In this document: in pieces, positions 45,074 to 55,477 of the stretch | Layout of the letters: every line of letters starts with the position of its first letter | Numbering within the stretch: the first letter of the stretch is position 1 | Assembly (NCBI GenBank): GCA_963714275.1 | Contig: CAVQNT010000002.1 | Span: 672,001-736,000 of the forward strand | DNA: 64,000 nt | From: Candidatus Bathyarchaeota archaeon | Lineage (GTDB): Archaea > Thermoproteota > Bathyarchaeia > Bathyarchaeales > DTEX01 | Reading direction: 5' to 3' | The notes under the pieces: model-generated | Seen by the model: the letters and a program-made list of their open reading frames with translations, nothing else | Databases searched by the model: none | What the model was told of the DNA's origin: nothing | Made by a program: the position numbers and the translations under genes

Positions 45074-46746
45074 CCAATCATTATCTTGTCAATTCCAGCT
45101 CCCGGAGGAACCATTGGGAACACGTTCTGCTCAGGCGAAATCGGCACGTCAACGACCGTTGTGACGTCGCTCTTGATTGCTGCTTTCACGGCTTTCACGA
45201 ACTCCTCTGGTGAGCCAACACGAACACCTTGAGCCCCATAAGCCTCCGCTAACTTGACGAAGTCAGGATTCTTTCCAAGGTCGATGCCAGAGTAACGTCT
45301 ATCATAGAACATCCTCTGCCACTGTGCCACCATGCCTAAAACCGAATTGTTCAGCACTATGACCGTGACTGGAATTTTCCAAGCGACCGAGGAAGCCAAG
45401 TCCTGTTCAGTCATGACGAAACTTCCGTCGCCAGCAATGTCCACAACAGGAACGTTGGGGCACGCGACTTTTGCTCCGAGAGACGCGGGAAAACCGAAGC
45501 CCATTGTGCCAAGACCGCCTGAACTGATGAACGTTCTAGGCTCGTAAGATTTCAGATATAAAGCTGCCCACATCTGGTTCTGGCCAACTTCAGTGGTTAT
45601 TATCGCGTTTTCAGGCAGTATCTTCCGCAGTTCGACTAACAGGTGTATAGGAGTCATCCCGTCCTTGTTCTCCATCTCAGCCTGCTGCTTCTTCTGTTCC
45701 TGGATCCTACTCATCCACGTTGACCGTTCCTTCTTACGGAAACTTTTTACGAGACGGTCTTGGATGGCTTTCAGGGCAATCTTCGCGTCGGCAACGATCG
45801 GAACGTGCGGTCTGATGTTTTTTCCAATCTCAGCAGGATCAATGTCTATGTGAATTATTTTTGCGTCTCGACAGAACGTTTCAGCTTTTCCTGTGCTTCT
45901 GTCCGTGAACCGCATTCCAACCGCAAGCAACACGTCTGCTTCGGGAACAATTTTGTTCGCGGTTATGGTTCCATGCATTCCCAGCATCCCAAGCGATAAT
46001 GGATGGTTTTCGGGGATGCAGCCTTTCCCCATAAGCGTTGTCGAAATGGGTGCAACGAGAAGCTCAGCTAAGGCTAAAAGCTCCTGCGACGCCCCTGAAG
46101 TGATCACTCCGCCGCCAGCAACAATAACAGGTCTTTCAGCTTGAATCAACAGTTTCACTGCTTTCTCTATCTGCAGTGGGTGAGGCTCAACGTTTGGTTT
46201 GTAACCTCGTAGACTTATACCATTGTCGAATTCCATGTTGTCCACTTCTGTCTGGGTGTCCTTGGGCAAGTCAACAAGCACAGGTCCAGGTCGACCTGTT
46301 GAGGCGACATAAAAAGCTGTTTTCACTATCTTGTGAATCTCTTTGGCACTCGTGATTTGAAAGTTGCATTTGGTTATCGGTGTCGTTACGCCTACTATGT
46401 CGGTTTCCTGAAAAGCGTCTTTCCCTATGAAGGCTCTTGGAACGTTGCCTGTGAAAGCAATGATCGGCGAAGAATCCATGTATGCGTTGGCTATGCCTGT
46501 GACGAGGTTTGTTGCCCCAGGTCCAGAGGTTGACATGCAAACGCCGACTCGTCCACTTGCGCGGGCGTATCCGTCAGCCGCGTGAGCTGCACATTGTTCA
46601 TGCCTCATTAGGATGTGTTTTATGTCTGAGTCGTAAAGCACGTCGTAGATGGGTAACACGTATCCTCCAGGTATGCCGAAGATGACTTCGACTTTCTGTT
46701 TCTTCAAGGATTCGATTAGAGCTTTGGCGCCTGACATTTTCACCAT
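45070..46746 (-). CDS. ilvB: Acetolactate synthase large subunit
   Basis: RHEQ.AAH.ADGYAR, SGPGATN, DAFQE, GDGSF..NN ThDP motif. Confidence 0.96.
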   Translation of the reverse strand: MVKMSGAKALIESLKKQKVEVIFGIPGGYVLPIYDVLYDSDIKHILMRHEQCAAHAADGYARASGRVGVCMSTSGPGATNLVTGIANAYMDSSPIIAFTGNVPRAFIGKDAFQETDIVGVTTPITKCNFQITSAKEIHKIVKTAFYVASTGRPGPVLVDLPKDTQTEVDNMEFDNGISLRGYKPNVEPHPLQIEKAVKLLIQAERPVIVAGGGVITSGASQELLALAELLVAPISTTLMGKGCIPENHPLSLGMLGMHGTITANKIVPEADVLLAVGMRFTDRSTGKAETFCRDAKIIHIDIDPAEIGKNIRPHVPIVADAKIALKAIQDRLVKSFRKKERSTWMSRIQEQKKQQAEMENKDGMTPIHLLVELRKILPENAIITTEVGQNQMWAALYLKSYEPRTFISSGGLGTMGFGFPASLGAKVACPNVPVVDIAGDGSFVMTEQDLASSVAWKIPVTVIVLNNSVLGMVAQWQRMFYDRRYSGIDLGKNPDFVKLAEAYGAQGVRVGSPEEFVKAVKAAIKSDVTTVVDVPISPEQNVFPMVPPGAGIDKIMIG

Positions 46747-46749
46747 TTT

Positions 46750-46878
46750 AGATCCTTCCTAGTTATCTTTGGTTCAAAGGATCTTTCGGTTTGCATGTCC
46801 TCATCGAGAACTGCACAATAGACATTGGGAATGTTTAAAAATCTTTTTGGGCTATGTGCTGGAGAAAACATTGGGAAT
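46750..46878 (-). promoter_or_regulatory. ilvB proximal promoter, repeated ACATTGGGAAT sites and SD-occluding hairpin
   Basis: BRE/TATA AAAAAGATTTTTAAA near 46848-46834; ACATTGGGAAT at 46822 and 46868; AGATCCTT/AAGGATCT inverted repeat (46784-46777 with 46757-46750) overlaps the GGAAGG SD. Confidence 0.55.
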
Positions 46879-46884
46879 CTCGTT

Positions 46885-47016
46885 TTAGAAGCGGAGGAAA
46901 AGGTCCCTCCGTACCCGAATATCCCTCACTTTTTTGTCCTCCAGAGGAAACGAAACCGAGACTACTATCAACAGGATACTTATAAGCTTTTTGAACTCGT
47001 TGTTCTGTGTAAGCAT
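46885..47016 (-). CDS. Putative ilv-leu leader peptide MLTQNNEFKKLISILLIVVSVSFPLEDKKVRDIRVRRDLFLRF (or short form MRDIRVRRDLFLRF from GTG 46929)
   Basis: Translated by hand; LISILLIVVSV run; GGAGG SD before the internal in-frame GTG. Confidence 0.5.
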   Translation of the reverse strand: MLTQNNEFKKLISILLIVVSVSFPLEDKKVRDIRVRRDLFLRF

Positions 47017-47036
47017 TTTCAATGTTATGCTAAATA

Positions 47037-48580
47037 TTATTTGCCTGATGTAGTGTTGTTTTCTGTTTTGTTGTGGTTGCTCATGAGGACGTTCATGCCG
47101 TTCAGCATGGCTTCGACGCTTGCCATAACGATGTCTCCGTGGGCTCCCATCGCCGTGGCTATTCTGTCGCCTTTCCTCAGCCTAACAATGACTTCGACCA
47201 AGGCGTTTGTGCCCCCCGTTATGGCGTTAACGTGATATTCATCAAGCCTGATAGGTTCAACGGCGGAAACAGCCTTCCTTATGGCGCTCATCGCAGCGTC
47301 AACTGGGCCAATGCCCGTAGCAGCCTCAGTTAAAAGCTTACCGTTAAGGTTCAGCCTAACCGAAGCCGTGGGTGTAACGCGGTCTCCGGTCACGACTGTT
47401 AGTTCCTCGAGCTTTATCGCCCGTGTACTCGGTAACTCCATGATGGACTCAGCGACCGCCTGAAGGTCAGCGTCAGTGATCCGTTTGCCCTTGTCGCCCA
47501 ACGTTTTTACGCGTTGAAAAATCTCGTTCAGCTGCACATCGGTTGGATTGAGACCCATTTCTTTCAGAACCGCTCCGATGCCCCGTGACCCAGCGAGTTT
47601 TCCGACTGCCAGCCTTCTTGTGCGTCCAACAATCTCCGGCGGAATCGGCTCGTATGTCAAGGGATCAGCAAGTATGGCGTGGGTGTGGATGCCAGCTTCG
47701 TGAACGAAGGCGTTTTCGCCGACGATTGCCTTGTTCGGTTGAACCGGGATTCCGGTGAGGCGCGAAAATAGCAGTGAAGTGTCATACAGCCGTTCAGTCT
47801 TCATGGACATTTCGACGTTGTAGAGCAGCTTCAATGAAACAACGACTTCTTCTAAAGCCGCGTTTCCAGCTCTTTCACCCAGCCCGTTTACTGTGACGTG
47901 AACCTCTTCTGCTCCTGCTTTTAGGGCAGCTATCGAGTTTGCGACGGCCATGCCGAAGTCGTCGTGGCAGTGCACACCTAGGTGAGCTTCTGGGAAAGCC
48001 TGCTTAAGTTCTGAATAGAAATCGTTCGTCTTTTCCGGCGTCAATACGCCTACAGTGTCGCACGGAGTCACCCTGTCTATGCCTGCTGATGTGCCTGCTT
48101 CTATCATGTTTTTGAGGAAAGCTGTGTCTGCTCGGGTTGCGTCTTCAAGTCCTAGCTCGACAAGCAGTCCACGCGTTTTGGCGTATTTGACTGTTTCTCG
48201 GGTGAGCTTAAGCACGTCTTCCCTTGTCTTTTTGAGTTTATGTTGGATGTGCAGGTCTGAGGCTGGGATGACGAGGAAAACTGAGTTCGAGCCGCTTTCA
48301 ACGACTGCGTCTACGTCTTTTTTGACTCCTCTGGCGAAGCTGCATATTTCAGCTTTGAGTCCTTCTTTGACTATGCTTTTGATGGCTTCCATTTCGCCTT
48401 CGGATGCAGCAGCGAATCCCGCCTCGATGACATCGACTCCTAAATGGTCAAGCTGCTTGGCTAAGGCTGTTTTCTTTTCAGAAGTTAAAGAAGCTCCGGG
48501 GGTTTGTTCGCCGTCTCTCAGGGTTGTGTCGAAAATTCGGATTTTACTTGGGAAGCGGTTGGATAAAGCAATACCCCATT
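47037..48580 (-). CDS. cimA: Citramalate/isopropylmalate synthase paralog (start approximate, 5' indel)
   Basis: [16 protein letters not shown] upstream of the listed ORF; HCHDD, GERAGN, regulatory domain; leuA versus cimA assignment is uncertain. Confidence 0.7.
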
Positions 48581-48713
48581 TTCAGTAACACCGAAACAAC
48601 AACGCATATGCAAGGTGTATAAAAGCCTTTTGGTGCCCAAGTCCAGACAGCGAAACTCCGAAACACATTGTAAATGATTTTAAAGTATAGGGAAAAGGTT
48701 TAAGAGCGTACGG

Positions 48714-50396
48714 TTGAACAAGTTTTTGGTTTTAGGTTTGAGAAGCGATACTGTTAAGCGTGGATTGGAGAGGGCTCCTCACCGGGCAATTTGGAAGTGC
48801 CTAGGGCTAACCGAAGACGATTTCAGTAAACCCTTCATTGCAGTAGCTAACAGCTTCACCGAAACGGTTCCGGGACACATGCACCTAAACAGGCTTGTTG
48901 AATCTGTTAAGGCTGGAGTTCAAGCTGCTGGAGGAGTGCCTTTCGAGTTCAATACGATTGCCATATGCGATGGCTTAGCCATGGGCCACGAAGGAATGAA
49001 CTATTCTCTTCCCTCAAGGGAACTGATAGCTGACTCCGTGGAGGTCATGGTTCAGGCACACAGGTTCGACGGGCTTGTATTGTTAACCAACTGTGACAAG
49101 ATCACGCCTGGAATGATGATGGCTGCAGCGCGTTTAGATATTCCATCAATCGTTGTGACGGGAGGCCCAATGCTTTCAGGCTTCTATAAGGGTAGAAAAG
49201 TCGATGTTACTGCGATTTTTGAAGCTGTGGGAGAAGCCTCAGCAGGAAAAATAACAGAAGAAGACCTCAAAGAAATCGAAGACAGGGCATTCCCCGGATG
49301 CGGCTCCTGCAATGGCATGTACACAGCGAATACCATGGCATGCGTAGCTGAATCCATCGGAATGTCTCTGCCAGGTTGCGCCACAGCCTTGGCTGTCTCA
49401 TCCGAGAAGGCAAGAATAGCTAAAAAAAGTGGAGAAAGGGTCGTCGGATTAGTTAAAGAGGAGACAAAACCTTCCGCCATCCTGACGCGGAAAGCGTTTG
49501 AGAATGCCATAACGGTGGACATGGCGCTTGGAGGTTCAACCAATACTGTTCTACACTTGAAAGCCATAGCCAACGAAGCTGGTATAGGCTTGCCATTGGA
49601 AGTCTTCGACGAGAAAGCGAGAAGGACGCCTCACCTGTGTGACATGAGGCCAGGAGGACCACATGACCTCGCAGAACTCGACGCGGCAGGAGGAATCCTA
49701 GCTGTCATGAGGCTACTCAGCGACAGGCTTCATTTGAACGCCATCACCGTGACTGGTGCTACGGTCAAAGAAAACATCAAGGACGCGCCCTTATACGACA
49801 CTGACGTAATTCGACCTTTGGAAAATCCTATTCATAAAGAGGGCGGGATAGGTGTACTAAGTGGAAACTTGGCTCCTAATGGCGCTGTTGTGAAGGTTAC
49901 CGCCGTGCCTTCTAAAATGCTTGTTTACAAGGGTCCAGCAAGAGTTTTTGACTCCGAAGAGGAGACGATGAAGGCGATACTTAAGAAACAAATCAAAGCT
50001 GGAGACGTTGTCGTCATACGTTACGAAGGACCAAAAGGCGGACCAGGAATGAGAGAGATGCTTTCCCCAACAGCAGCAATAGCTGGCATGGGTTTAATCG
50101 AGTCCGTGGCTTTTGTAACTGATGGCAGATACTCAGGCGCAACGAGAGGACTCTGCATAGGTCACGTTTCTCCTGAAGCAGCTGCAAGCGGTCCCATAGC
50201 AGCTTTGCAGAATGGCGACATAGTCCAAATCGATGTTCCGAAAAGGACCTTAAATGTCGTGTTAAATGACGAAGAGTTGAAGAACCGTTTGGCTAAGTGT
50301 AAGCCTAAGCCACCAAAGATTCAGAAGGGCTATCTCAGAAGGTACTGGGCTCTTGTGCAGTCAGCAAACGACGGCGCAACGTTCAGGACTCCATGA
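48714..50396 (+). CDS. ilvD: Dihydroxy-acid dehydratase
   Basis: [43 protein letters not shown]. Confidence 0.96.
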   Translation: MNKFLVLGLRSDTVKRGLERAPHRAIWKCLGLTEDDFSKPFIAVANSFTETVPGHMHLNRLVESVKAGVQAAGGVPFEFNTIAICDGLAMGHEGMNYSLPSRELIADSVEVMVQAHRFDGLVLLTNCDKITPGMMMAAARLDIPSIVVTGGPMLSGFYKGRKVDVTAIFEAVGEASAGKITEEDLKEIEDRAFPGCGSCNGMYTANTMACVAESIGMSLPGCATALAVSSEKARIAKKSGERVVGLVKEETKPSAILTRKAFENAITVDMALGGSTNTVLHLKAIANEAGIGLPLEVFDEKARRTPHLCDMRPGGPHDLAELDAAGGILAVMRLLSDRLHLNAITVTGATVKENIKDAPLYDTDVIRPLENPIHKEGGIGVLSGNLAPNGAVVKVTAVPSKMLVYKGPARVFDSEEETMKAILKKQIKAGDVVVIRYEGPKGGPGMREMLSPTAAIAGMGLIESVAFVTDGRYSGATRGLCIGHVSPEAAASGPIAALQNGDIVQIDVPKRTLNVVLNDEELKNRLAKCKPKPPKIQKGYLRRYWALVQSANDGATFRTP

Positions 50397-50451
50397 CTTA
50401 AGCTTTTAAGCCCTAAACATGAAGATAACGAGAAGTTGAGGCGAAGCATCC

Positions 50452-50923
50452 TTGAAATACGATGTTACTCTGGCTTTGGCTGATAAGCCTGGCCATCTGC
50501 TGAAGGCTTTGGAGCCAATTGCTAAAAACGGCGGAAACATAATCTCGATAATACACGAACGGGAGAAGCCAGCTGAAGGCTTCGTTCCAGTCAGCCTTGT
50601 TCTGGATTTTCCGTCAAAATGGAACTTGAGAAAGACAATCGACGACCTGAAAGCCCTAGACGTGGCAATAATCAAGTCTGAGGAAATCATCGAAACAACC
50701 AGCGTAACGTTGATCCTCATAGGTAAAATGGACCTAAAGAAGCTCATCGAAACCAAGTTTGAAAACACGAGAATCACGGGATTTGAGGTTTCTGCTCCAA
50801 GCTCCAAAGAAGCCTGCGTAAAAATGGACTTGGAAGTTCCCACAAACCTCGTAGAAACGGTTCTCGGTGAACTGAAAAAGAATCTCAAAGGAAGAAAACG
50901 CGATTCTAATATCCTCAGTCTAG
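50452..50923 (+). CDS. ACT-domain protein paired with homoserine dehydrogenase (indel in the A-run near 50875)
   Basis: LADKPGHL..LEPI..GGNIISIIHER; corrected frame ends ...AILISSV* at 50923. Confidence 0.8.
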
Positions 50924-50941
50924 GAAAGGTGCACAATAAAA

Positions 50942-51943
50942 ATGAAAGCAATTATTGTCGGGTTCGGCTTTATGGGAAGAGACCTCTTAAGGGTCCTTCA
51001 CGAAAAATCGGATGTTGTTGCGAAGTTTGACGGAGAGTTTAAGGTTGTCGGCGTTTCGAACAGCAAGGGATACATTTATGAGAAGAAAGGCTTGGACCTT
51101 GAGAAGCTGCTGAAAACCGAAGCCCTCTTAGACTACGGCAAAAGCTTCAGTGCCGGAGGCTCTTCGCTTGAGCTCATCGAAAAAAGTGGCGCAGACTTAA
51201 TGGTTGAGGCTACCTTGACTCGCATAAAGGACGGGGAACCCGGCGTAACCTTCATCAAAGAAGCTTTGGGTAAGGGAATCCATGTAGTCACCCCAAACAA
51301 AGGGCCATTAGTTGTTGCCTTTAAGGAGCTTACATCTCTGGCTGAGAAGAGCGGCTGCGAGTTCCTCTACGAGGCTACGGTTGCTGGAGCAGTTCCCGTG
51401 TTCTCTCTTGTTCGCGAGTGTTTGCAGGGCGACAGAGTGCAGCGGATTTCGGGCATACTTAATGGAACAACGAACTACATTCTCTCGAAGATGTATTTTG
51501 AGGAAACCAGCTTCGAACTTGCACTGAAAGAGGCGCAAGAAAGAAGAATTTGCGAGCGAGACTCATCCTATGACGTGGACGGTATCGACGCCACCTGTAA
51601 GGTGGTAATATTGGCTAACGCGTTGATGAAAAGAAACGTCATGTTCGGAGACGTTGAACGGCTAGGTATACGTGACATCACCCAAGAGGCTGTTAGCTTG
51701 GCGAAGAAGGCGAACTACGCTATTAAACTGGTTGGCACAATTGATGGAAACCTTCAAGTTGCGCCGAAACTGGTTCCGATTAACCACCCGCTTTGTGTCC
51801 ATGGCACTCTTAACGCTGTTCATTTAGAAACGGATTTGGCTAAGGAGATAACATTGATAGGTTACGGAGCGGGAAAAGAATCGATCTCAGCAGTCTTTAA
51901 TGATGTGCTTACGATTCTGAAAAAGGCAAAATCAGCCACTTAA
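50942..51943 (+). CDS. hom: Homoserine dehydrogenase
   Basis: GFGFMG, TPNKGP, YEATVAG, GILNGTTNYIL, DVDGID..K. Confidence 0.93.
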   Translation: MKAIIVGFGFMGRDLLRVLHEKSDVVAKFDGEFKVVGVSNSKGYIYEKKGLDLEKLLKTEALLDYGKSFSAGGSSLELIEKSGADLMVEATLTRIKDGEPGVTFIKEALGKGIHVVTPNKGPLVVAFKELTSLAEKSGCEFLYEATVAGAVPVFSLVRECLQGDRVQRISGILNGTTNYILSKMYFEETSFELALKEAQERRICERDSSYDVDGIDATCKVVILANALMKRNVMFGDVERLGIRDITQEAVSLAKKANYAIKLVGTIDGNLQVAPKLVPINHPLCVHGTLNAVHLETDLAKEITLIGYGAGKESISAVFNDVLTILKKAKSAT

Positions 51944-51949
51944 TACAGA

Positions 51950-53223
51950 CTAACAAATAACCATAATACTAGGCTTTTGATTTTCAGTCGCTTCTGAAAC
52001 CATTAACTGTTCAACAGCTTCAAGTGTGGCTTCAACCTCGACTGGCACAGGAAACTTTTTGAGCACAATCTCTGGGTCTTTAAGCCCGTGACCCGTAAGG
52101 ACGCAGACAACTTTTTCGTCTTCGTCTATGAGACTCTTTTTTGCGAGCTTGATGAGCCCTGCGACTGAAGCAGCGCTTGCAGGTTCAACGAACAATCCTT
52201 CAAGCTGAGCCAGCAGCCTTTGAGCATCGAGGATTTCGCTGTCGGAAACGGTTTCAACAAGCCCATTAGACTCCTTGATGGCGTTGACGGCTTTTTTCCA
52301 GTTCACCGGCGACCCTATTCTAATGGCCGTCGCAATAGTTTCAGGCTTCTTGACAAACTTGACCTCCATCAAGCCCTGTTTTACGGAGTGTGCTATAGGT
52401 GCAGCTCCTTCAGCCTGTATACCGACCATCTGTGGAAGCTTTTCGGTTAAACCAAGTTCATAGAGTCTCTTTAAAACCCTTCCAATAAGCGCTGATGTTC
52501 CCGGCGTTTCCAATTGGTACAATTAACTTGTCTGGGACTTGACGATCTAGTTGGTCTCGTATCTCGAAGGCTGCCGTTTTTTGGCCTTCTAAACGGAACG
52601 GATTCAAAGAATTCAGCATATAGACTGGTCGTTTGAGGCAAAGCTCCTGCACAATTTTCAACGCTTGGTCGAAGTTTCCCCTAATCTGGACGACCTTGGC
52701 TCCGTGAACTATGGCTTGGGTTAATTTGCCAAAAGCTACCTTTCCTGAAGGAATAAGCACCATACATTCAAGCCCAGCTTTCAGCTGCGTAGGCAGCCAG
52801 AGACGCTGAGGTGTTACCCGTCGAGGCACACATGACCTTTTTCATCTTTAACTCCAAAGCCTTGGAAACACCGACAGTCATCCCTCGGTCCTTGAATGAG
52901 CCAGTTGGATTTTCGCCCTCGTTTTTGGCGTAAAGGTTTTTTATGCCGATTTTTTCCGAAAGTTTATGGCACTGGTTCAGGCTTGTACCGCCTTCTCCCA
53001 GCGTAACTATTTTCTTTTCGTCTTCAACTGGCAACAGTTCAGCGTATTTCCAAACTGATAAACCGCGGTTCTCCCATTCTGCGTCAAGGTTAGAAGGCAG
53101 TTTGGAAAAGTCATACTTTACTGCTAGCAAACCACCGCATTTGTAGCAGGTGTAGATAACCATGTGTGGGTTGTATTCAGCTCCGCAGTCGATGCATTCA
53201 AGGTAGTAAGAATCCGCGTCCAT
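51950..53223 (-). CDS. thrC: Threonine synthase (two indels), catalytic Lys intact
   Basis: [42 protein letters not shown]. Confidence 0.92.
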
Positions 53224-53365
53224 GAAGGCTTAGCTCCGTAAACAAATCTCGCCTAAACGGTTCGTAAATATCGCCAGTTCCCTTAAAACATTATTGCCCC
53301 AACTAAGGGGTTCTGAAAGATTTCCGACAACAAATATTATAGTCACTTCGCCGTATCTGCAAAGT

Positions 53366-53875
53366 ATGCCTTTGACGCCGTTCCATCTCGGTCCGGGACT
53401 CTTCATTCCGCTGCTGTTATTGAACATCGTGGATTTGCCTACGTTTCTGATTGCCAGCGTTATATTGGACATCGAACCAATTCTAATTTTGTCTCTGTCC
53501 CTTCAATACCCAGTTCACGGCTTCCTCCATTCCTTCATGGGAGGCTCAATTGTTGCCTTAGTTCTCACCGTCATCATGTTTAGATTCAGAAAACTCTTTT
53601 CACCAGTGACGTCGTTCTTCAAACTTGAACAGAAATGGTCTATTACTAGCATCTCAGTTGCTTCTTTTTTAGGCATCTACCACCACCTGTTCTTGGACGC
53701 ACAGATACATCAGGACATGCAGCCATTTTTCCCGTTAACAATAAATCCGTTTTTGAACCAAAGTTCACTCGCTGGGCTAATACCAGTAATCTTTTGCGTG
53801 TGGTGCTTCTTCGGGGCAATGATGATGTATTCTATCAGGCTTGCCACTTTCGCAAGAAGGTCCAAAAAACTGTAA
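53366..53875 (+). CDS. Membrane protein, metal-dependent hydrolase-like
   Basis: MPLTPFH, LDIE, HGFLHS, HHLFLD; about 4-5 TM helices. Confidence 0.7.
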   Translation: MPLTPFHLGPGLFIPLLLLNIVDLPTFLIASVILDIEPILILSLSLQYPVHGFLHSFMGGSIVALVLTVIMFRFRKLFSPVTSFFKLEQKWSITSISVASFLGIYHHLFLDAQIHQDMQPFFPLTINPFLNQSSLAGLIPVIFCVWCFFGAMMMYSIRLATFARRSKKL

Positions 53876-54009
53876 AATAATTTAGTCCAACATCATCTTA
53901 AATGAAGATAACAATTTAAGGCTGTTAACTGTTCATGCGTGCAAGTTAAAAAACTTAGGCATTTATGCATGAAAAGGCGAAATTGATAGACTGATGCGGG
54001 GTACAACGG

Positions 54010-55404
54010 TTGAGCGTCCTCCAATGTGTCAAATGTGGAAACCTTGCTGAGCCTTATCCGCCTAAAAACAGGTGCCCAAAGTGTGGTGAACTATACGAGT
54101 ACAAAGTTGACCTCAGCAAGCTCAAAACCGCGGATTCCACAGAGAGCTTCACCTTCTGGCGCTATCGGAACTTTCTTCCTGAAGTAAAAAACCAAGCAAC
54201 GATGCATGAAGGCGGAACCCCCCTTTACAGAGCTGAACGCTTAGCTCGACAGATGGGCTTGACCCAACTTTACTTGAAGGACGAGACCCGCAACCCAACC
54301 AACTCTTTTCGGGACAGGGGCGCAGCGCTCATGGTTTCAAACATTCTCGATCTCAACCGCACGGTGGCTGCCTGTGCAAGCAACGGAAACATGGGCGCCT
54401 CTTTGGCTGCTTACTGCGCAAAATATGGTGTAACCTGTCACCTCGTGATTCCGAAGCTCGTTGACATGGGAAAACTGGCTCAAATGCTGGTGTACGACGC
54501 AGTGATTGAGGAGCATGGCGAAACCGTAGATGAGTCCATTAAACGAGCAGAAAAACTGGCTCAAGAAACAGGCTGGTACCAAGTTACGCCGGAGCTGAAC
54601 CCCCTCGTCATAGAGGCACAAAAGACAATAGCGTTCGAGGTAGCTGAACAATATGGAGTTCCCGACTGGTTCATCGTTTCCATGGGAAGCGGCGGAACCC
54701 TCTATTCTGTGTGGAAAGGATTCACGGAGCTTTACGAACTTGGTAAGGTTGACAGGATTCCTCGAATCGTAGGCGTCCAAGCAGAAGGGTGCTCACCCAT
54801 AGTCGACACGTTCTACGAAATAAAGAAAGAAAGCCTGAAACCGACTACGCACGCAATCGGAATCCTCTTCGCTGAACCCGTTCACAAAGACCTTGCAGTA
54901 AAATCTATAAGAGAATCAAAGGGTCTAGCTGTTTCAATATCGGACCAAGAAATTTTTTTAGCTGAACAACAAATAGTGAGGCTGGAAGGTCTGTTCGCTG
55001 AACCAGCGAGTTCAGGTACAATTGCAGCGTTAAACAAGCTCAGAGCTGAAGAAGCCATAGGTAAGGACGAGTCTGTCGTCTGCTTGATTACTGGAAGCGG
55101 ACTGAAAGCTACGGATGTTCTACAGGCGCTTTCAAAGAAGCGGAAGTCCGCGATAGTCGGCGCTGAGTTCAGCACAAAAGAGAAACTGTTGCGTACTTTA
55201 GACAAGCAGGATAGGTACGGCTACGAGTTGTGGAAGGAACTTGGTAAAACGATGACTCGGTCTGCTATATATCAACATTTGAACGAGATGCGTAACCGGG
55301 GTCTCCTTTCCTCTCATGTGAGAAGGGGGAAAAGGTACTTCGCAATTACCGAAAGAGGAAAAAGGATACTGAAAGCCATTGACGACGTAAAAACCTTACT
55401 TTGA
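54010..55404 (+). CDS. ThrC-like fold-type II domain (Schiff-base Lys replaced by Arg) fused to a C-terminal PadR-like winged HTH
   Basis: NPTNSFRDRG; C-terminal YGYELWKEL..AIYQHL..M..RGLL..KRYFAITERG. Confidence 0.85.
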   Translation: MSVLQCVKCGNLAEPYPPKNRCPKCGELYEYKVDLSKLKTADSTESFTFWRYRNFLPEVKNQATMHEGGTPLYRAERLARQMGLTQLYLKDETRNPTNSFRDRGAALMVSNILDLNRTVAACASNGNMGASLAAYCAKYGVTCHLVIPKLVDMGKLAQMLVYDAVIEEHGETVDESIKRAEKLAQETGWYQVTPELNPLVIEAQKTIAFEVAEQYGVPDWFIVSMGSGGTLYSVWKGFTELYELGKVDRIPRIVGVQAEGCSPIVDTFYEIKKESLKPTTHAIGILFAEPVHKDLAVKSIRESKGLAVSISDQEIFLAEQQIVRLEGLFAEPASSGTIAALNKLRAEEAIGKDESVVCLITGSGLKATDVLQALSKKRKSAIVGAEFSTKEKLLRTLDKQDRYGYELWKELGKTMTRSAIYQHLNEMRNRGLLSSHVRRGKRYFAITERGKRILKAIDDVKTLL

Positions 55405-55477
55405 TAATCAGAACGGATTCTAACAATTCTATTTTTATTTTAAGTTGTAAAGGCTTCGAGGGTTACGGTTCAACAGG

